Shown here: positions 4,036-5,671 of the stretch, in pieces
Layout: every line of letters starts with the position of its first letter
How positions within the stretch are numbered: position 1 is the first letter of the stretch
Virus record (IMG/VR): IMGVR_UViG_2663763286_000017
DNA from: a virus
Taxonomy: Duplodnaviria > Heunggongvirae > Uroviricota > Caudoviricetes
DNA length: 5,671 nucleotides
Direction: 5' to 3' (one strand)
Made by a program: the position numbers and the translations under genes
Notes under the pieces: generated by a model
Told to the model about the DNA's origin: nothing
The model's database searches: none
Seen by the model: the letters and a program-made list of their open reading frames with translations, nothing else

Positions 4036-4616
4036 TGGCGCACCTCCTGCGGCGGTTCTGGTAGCGGCATCCAGTCGGTTACATTGCGGCTCTGTGTTTC
4101 GAAAAATTCATCACCATCACGGACTACATCAAAAAACTCACCGTCTCGATATTGCGCATAAAGAACGAATGCGCCATCACATAAAATAATTACGTGCTGA
4201 CAGTCATCCGGCATTCGCTCACTACAGCTTATCCAACCATCCAGAGTTACCGGATAGTTGGTTGACGTTTCCGAGATTTCCCGAAAATTATTGGTTGACG
4301 AACCCTTCTTTTCCCGAAAGTTTCCAGCCTGAAGCATGGCGGCGCTGTCTGGCGGGGCAGCATATAGCGGCACGTATATTTCCGGTTCCTTATCAGCACC
4401 GGGTTGCTCTTCCAGTGAGAATGTCTTTCCGGTAAATCGATTCATATAAAGCACGGGCTCTGCTTCCAGCGAAGCCTGAGCAACAAGGGCCAGTGCTAAA
4501 TCCAACTCAATTGCCTCGAGAGAATTTTTGAATGCTGTCTGTTTTACTGCAAATTTCATCGCCTTTACATTTTCACTAACATGACTGATTAACTGCTCTT
4601 TTGTAAAAGTGGTCAT
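4032..4616 (-). CDS. DUF551-domain prophage protein (~194 aa from ATG 4616; track ORF extends to GTG 4676)
   Basis: C-terminal region ...DGWISCSERMPDDCQHVIILCDGAFVLYAQYRDGEFFDVVRDGDEFFETQSRNVTDWMPLPEPPQ matches the DUF551 signature (W-I-S...MPLPEPP at the C-terminus of prophage proteins), from memory. In-frame ATG 4616-4614 has AAGGAGA about 6 nt upstream; the track start at 4676 is GTG overlapping the upstream stop (GTGA), so both starts are possible. Sampled GC ~55%. Confidence 0.7.
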   Translation of the reverse strand: MTTFTKEQLISHVSENVKAMKFAVKQTAFKNSLEAIELDLALALVAQASLEAEPVLYMNRFTGKTFSLEEQPGADKEPEIYVPLYAAPPDSAAMLQAGNFREKKGSSTNNFREISETSTNYPVTLDGWISCSERMPDDCQHVIILCDGAFVLYAQYRDGEFFDVVRDGDEFFETQSRNVTDWMPLPEPPQEVRQ

Positions 4617-4672
4617 CTCATTCTCCTTTGATGCGAATGCCAGCGACAATTGAAGCCTGATAGCTAATTCAC

Positions 4673-5068
4673 TCACAGTACCGCCTCCTGAAAATTGCCC
4701 TGATAGAACGCCAGTACACGCAGCATAACTTCACTCTTCCGGCACTCGCCACAGATTATGTTCTGTTGTCTGTCGTAGCGGCGTATTTCTCCGTCTGGTA
4801 ACTTTCGAATCAATGTCTGGTCGGTTGTTTTCTCCGCTGCCTTACGCCATACGCGATACACCTGTTCTGATGTAAAAACACCGTATTTACCGGGCATGTA
4901 TAAATCGCCACAAGCCAGTACATCCACAAGGCAACGTCTGACTGAATGCCAGCCTGCTCCCGTCGCTCTCTCCAGTTGTGATATCGTCATGCGTTCATTT
5001 TTGCGTACCAGCCCGATAATTCGGGCCTTCAGTTCTTCACGCTGTTCGTGTGTAAAAGGTTTCGCCAT
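4673..5068 (-). CDS. Hypothetical prophage protein (~131 aa from ATG 5068; track ORF starts at TTG 5083), possible HTH segment
   Basis: ATG 5068-5066 has GGAGG 5 nt upstream (MAKPFTHEQREELKARIIGLVRKNERMTISQLERATGAGWHSVRRC...); stop TGA 4675-4673. No family confidently recognised. Confidence 0.6.
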   Translation of the reverse strand: MAKPFTHEQREELKARIIGLVRKNERMTISQLERATGAGWHSVRRCLVDVLACGDLYMPGKYGVFTSEQVYRVWRKAAEKTTDQTLIRKLPDGEIRRYDRQQNIICGECRKSEVMLRVLAFYQGNFQEAVL

Positions 5069-5083
5069 AAGCGCCTCCGGCAA

Positions 5084-5290
5084 TCACTTTTCCGACACAA
5101 TACGACCGGATGAATCGACAATCTGCCGAACAATATCCCGGTGCTTGTTCAGCTCCCGCAGCGCGGCGCAGACTCGCTCCCACTTCTGAACATCACTTTT
5201 CGCCCTGCGCAGCGCCAGGTTTGCCCTGCGAAGGGACGGAAAAATCAGCTCATCTGCTTGCGTTTCGGTAAACGATGGCAACGGCTGCAC
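5084..5290 (-). pseudogene. 3' portion (~68 codons) of a phage gene interrupted by the IS629-like insertion
   Basis: The minus-strand frame is open from 5290 to TGA 5086-5084 and continues without a start codon into the IS terminal sequence. Track ORF 5084..5383 takes its first 31 codons from inside the IS end, so the native 5' part must lie beyond the IS. Confidence 0.5.
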
Positions 5291-5671
5291 TGAACCGCCC
5301 CGGAAATCCTGGAGACTAAACTCCCTGAGAAAGAGGTAAACAGGATGACTAAAAATACACGTTTTTCCCCCGAGGTCCGTCAACGGGCAGTTCGTATGGT
5401 TCTGGAAAGTCAGGGCGAATATGACTCACAATGGGCGGCAATTTGTTCCATTGCCCCAAAGATTGGCTGTACACCAGAGACTCTGCGTGTGTGGGTTCGT
5501 CAGCATGAGCGGGATACCGGGAGTGGTGATGGTGGACTCACCACCGCTGAACGTCAGCGTCTGAAAGAGCTGGAACGTGAAAATCGTGAACTGCGCCGCA
5601 GTAACGATATCCTTCGCCAGGCTTCCGCTTATTTTGCGAAGGCGGAGTTCGACCGCCTCTGGAAAAAATGA
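5291..5671 (+). mobile_element. Left end of an IS629-like (IS3 family) insertion sequence; body continues right of window
   Basis: The terminal sequence TGAACCGCCCCGG... begins at 5291 (IS3-family ends start with TG) and orfA starts 54 nt inside. The orfA protein matches IS629/IS1203-type OrfA, from memory. Confidence 0.8.
5345..5671 (+). CDS. IS3-family transposase OrfA (IS629-like), 108 aa, HTH DNA-binding subunit
   Basis: ATG 5345 with GAGG upstream; protein [108 protein letters not shown]; stop TGA 5669-5671. The A-run GGAAAAAATGA at the 3' end is where an IS3-type -1 frameshift into orfB would be expected. Confidence 0.9.
   Translation: MTKNTRFSPEVRQRAVRMVLESQGEYDSQWAAICSIAPKIGCTPETLRVWVRQHERDTGSGDGGLTTAERQRLKELERENRELRRSNDILRQASAYFAKAEFDRLWKK

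Noticed and set aside
4896-5189. Plus-strand 97-aa track ORF
   Set aside because: Antisense to the hypothetical phage gene 4673-5068 and to the interrupted gene fragment; S/R/C-rich translation with no supporting signals.
5084-5383. Track ORF of 99 aa as an intact gene
   Set aside because: Its first 31 codons, including the ATG, are encoded by the IS629-like terminal sequence (5291-5383); the native gene was interrupted, so only 5084-5290 is called, as a gene fragment.
1-5671. CRISPR arrays, tRNA or rRNA genes
   Set aside because: No spaced direct-repeat arrays, no cloverleaf-compatible tRNA-like segments and no rRNA-like sequence were seen on either strand.

Overview
This window is about 5 kb of a lambdoid (Qin/DLP12-like) prophage remnant bracketed by two unrelated insertion sequences, with every phage gene on the minus strand. 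The left boundary is the right end of an IS66-family element (1 to ~310); the right boundary is the left end of an IS629-like IS3-family element (5291-5671). Reading the minus strand from right to left, the content is: a 3' fragment of a phage gene cut by the IS629-like insertion; a hypothetical phage protein; a DUF551-domain protein; two tiny hydrophobic ORFs with near-consensus Shine-Dalgarno sequences; a complete hok/sok-type type I toxin-antitoxin locus; an AT-rich three-gene operon ended by a strong intrinsic terminator; a promoter plus an AT-rich 57-aa ORF; a DUF1367-like gene; a YbcO-like gene; and a probable Q-like antiterminator stub truncated by the IS66-family element. The most interesting part is the AT-rich three-gene operon (1785-3309): one 289-295 aa protein and two small membrane proteins, none of which I recognise. 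Its layout and placement next to a toxin-antitoxin locus fit a prophage moron, plausibly a membrane-acting anti-phage or exclusion module, but this is a hypothesis. All identity calls come from reading the sequence and from memory of protein families; no database search or folding computation was possible, and GC values are hand counts on 100-nt samples.
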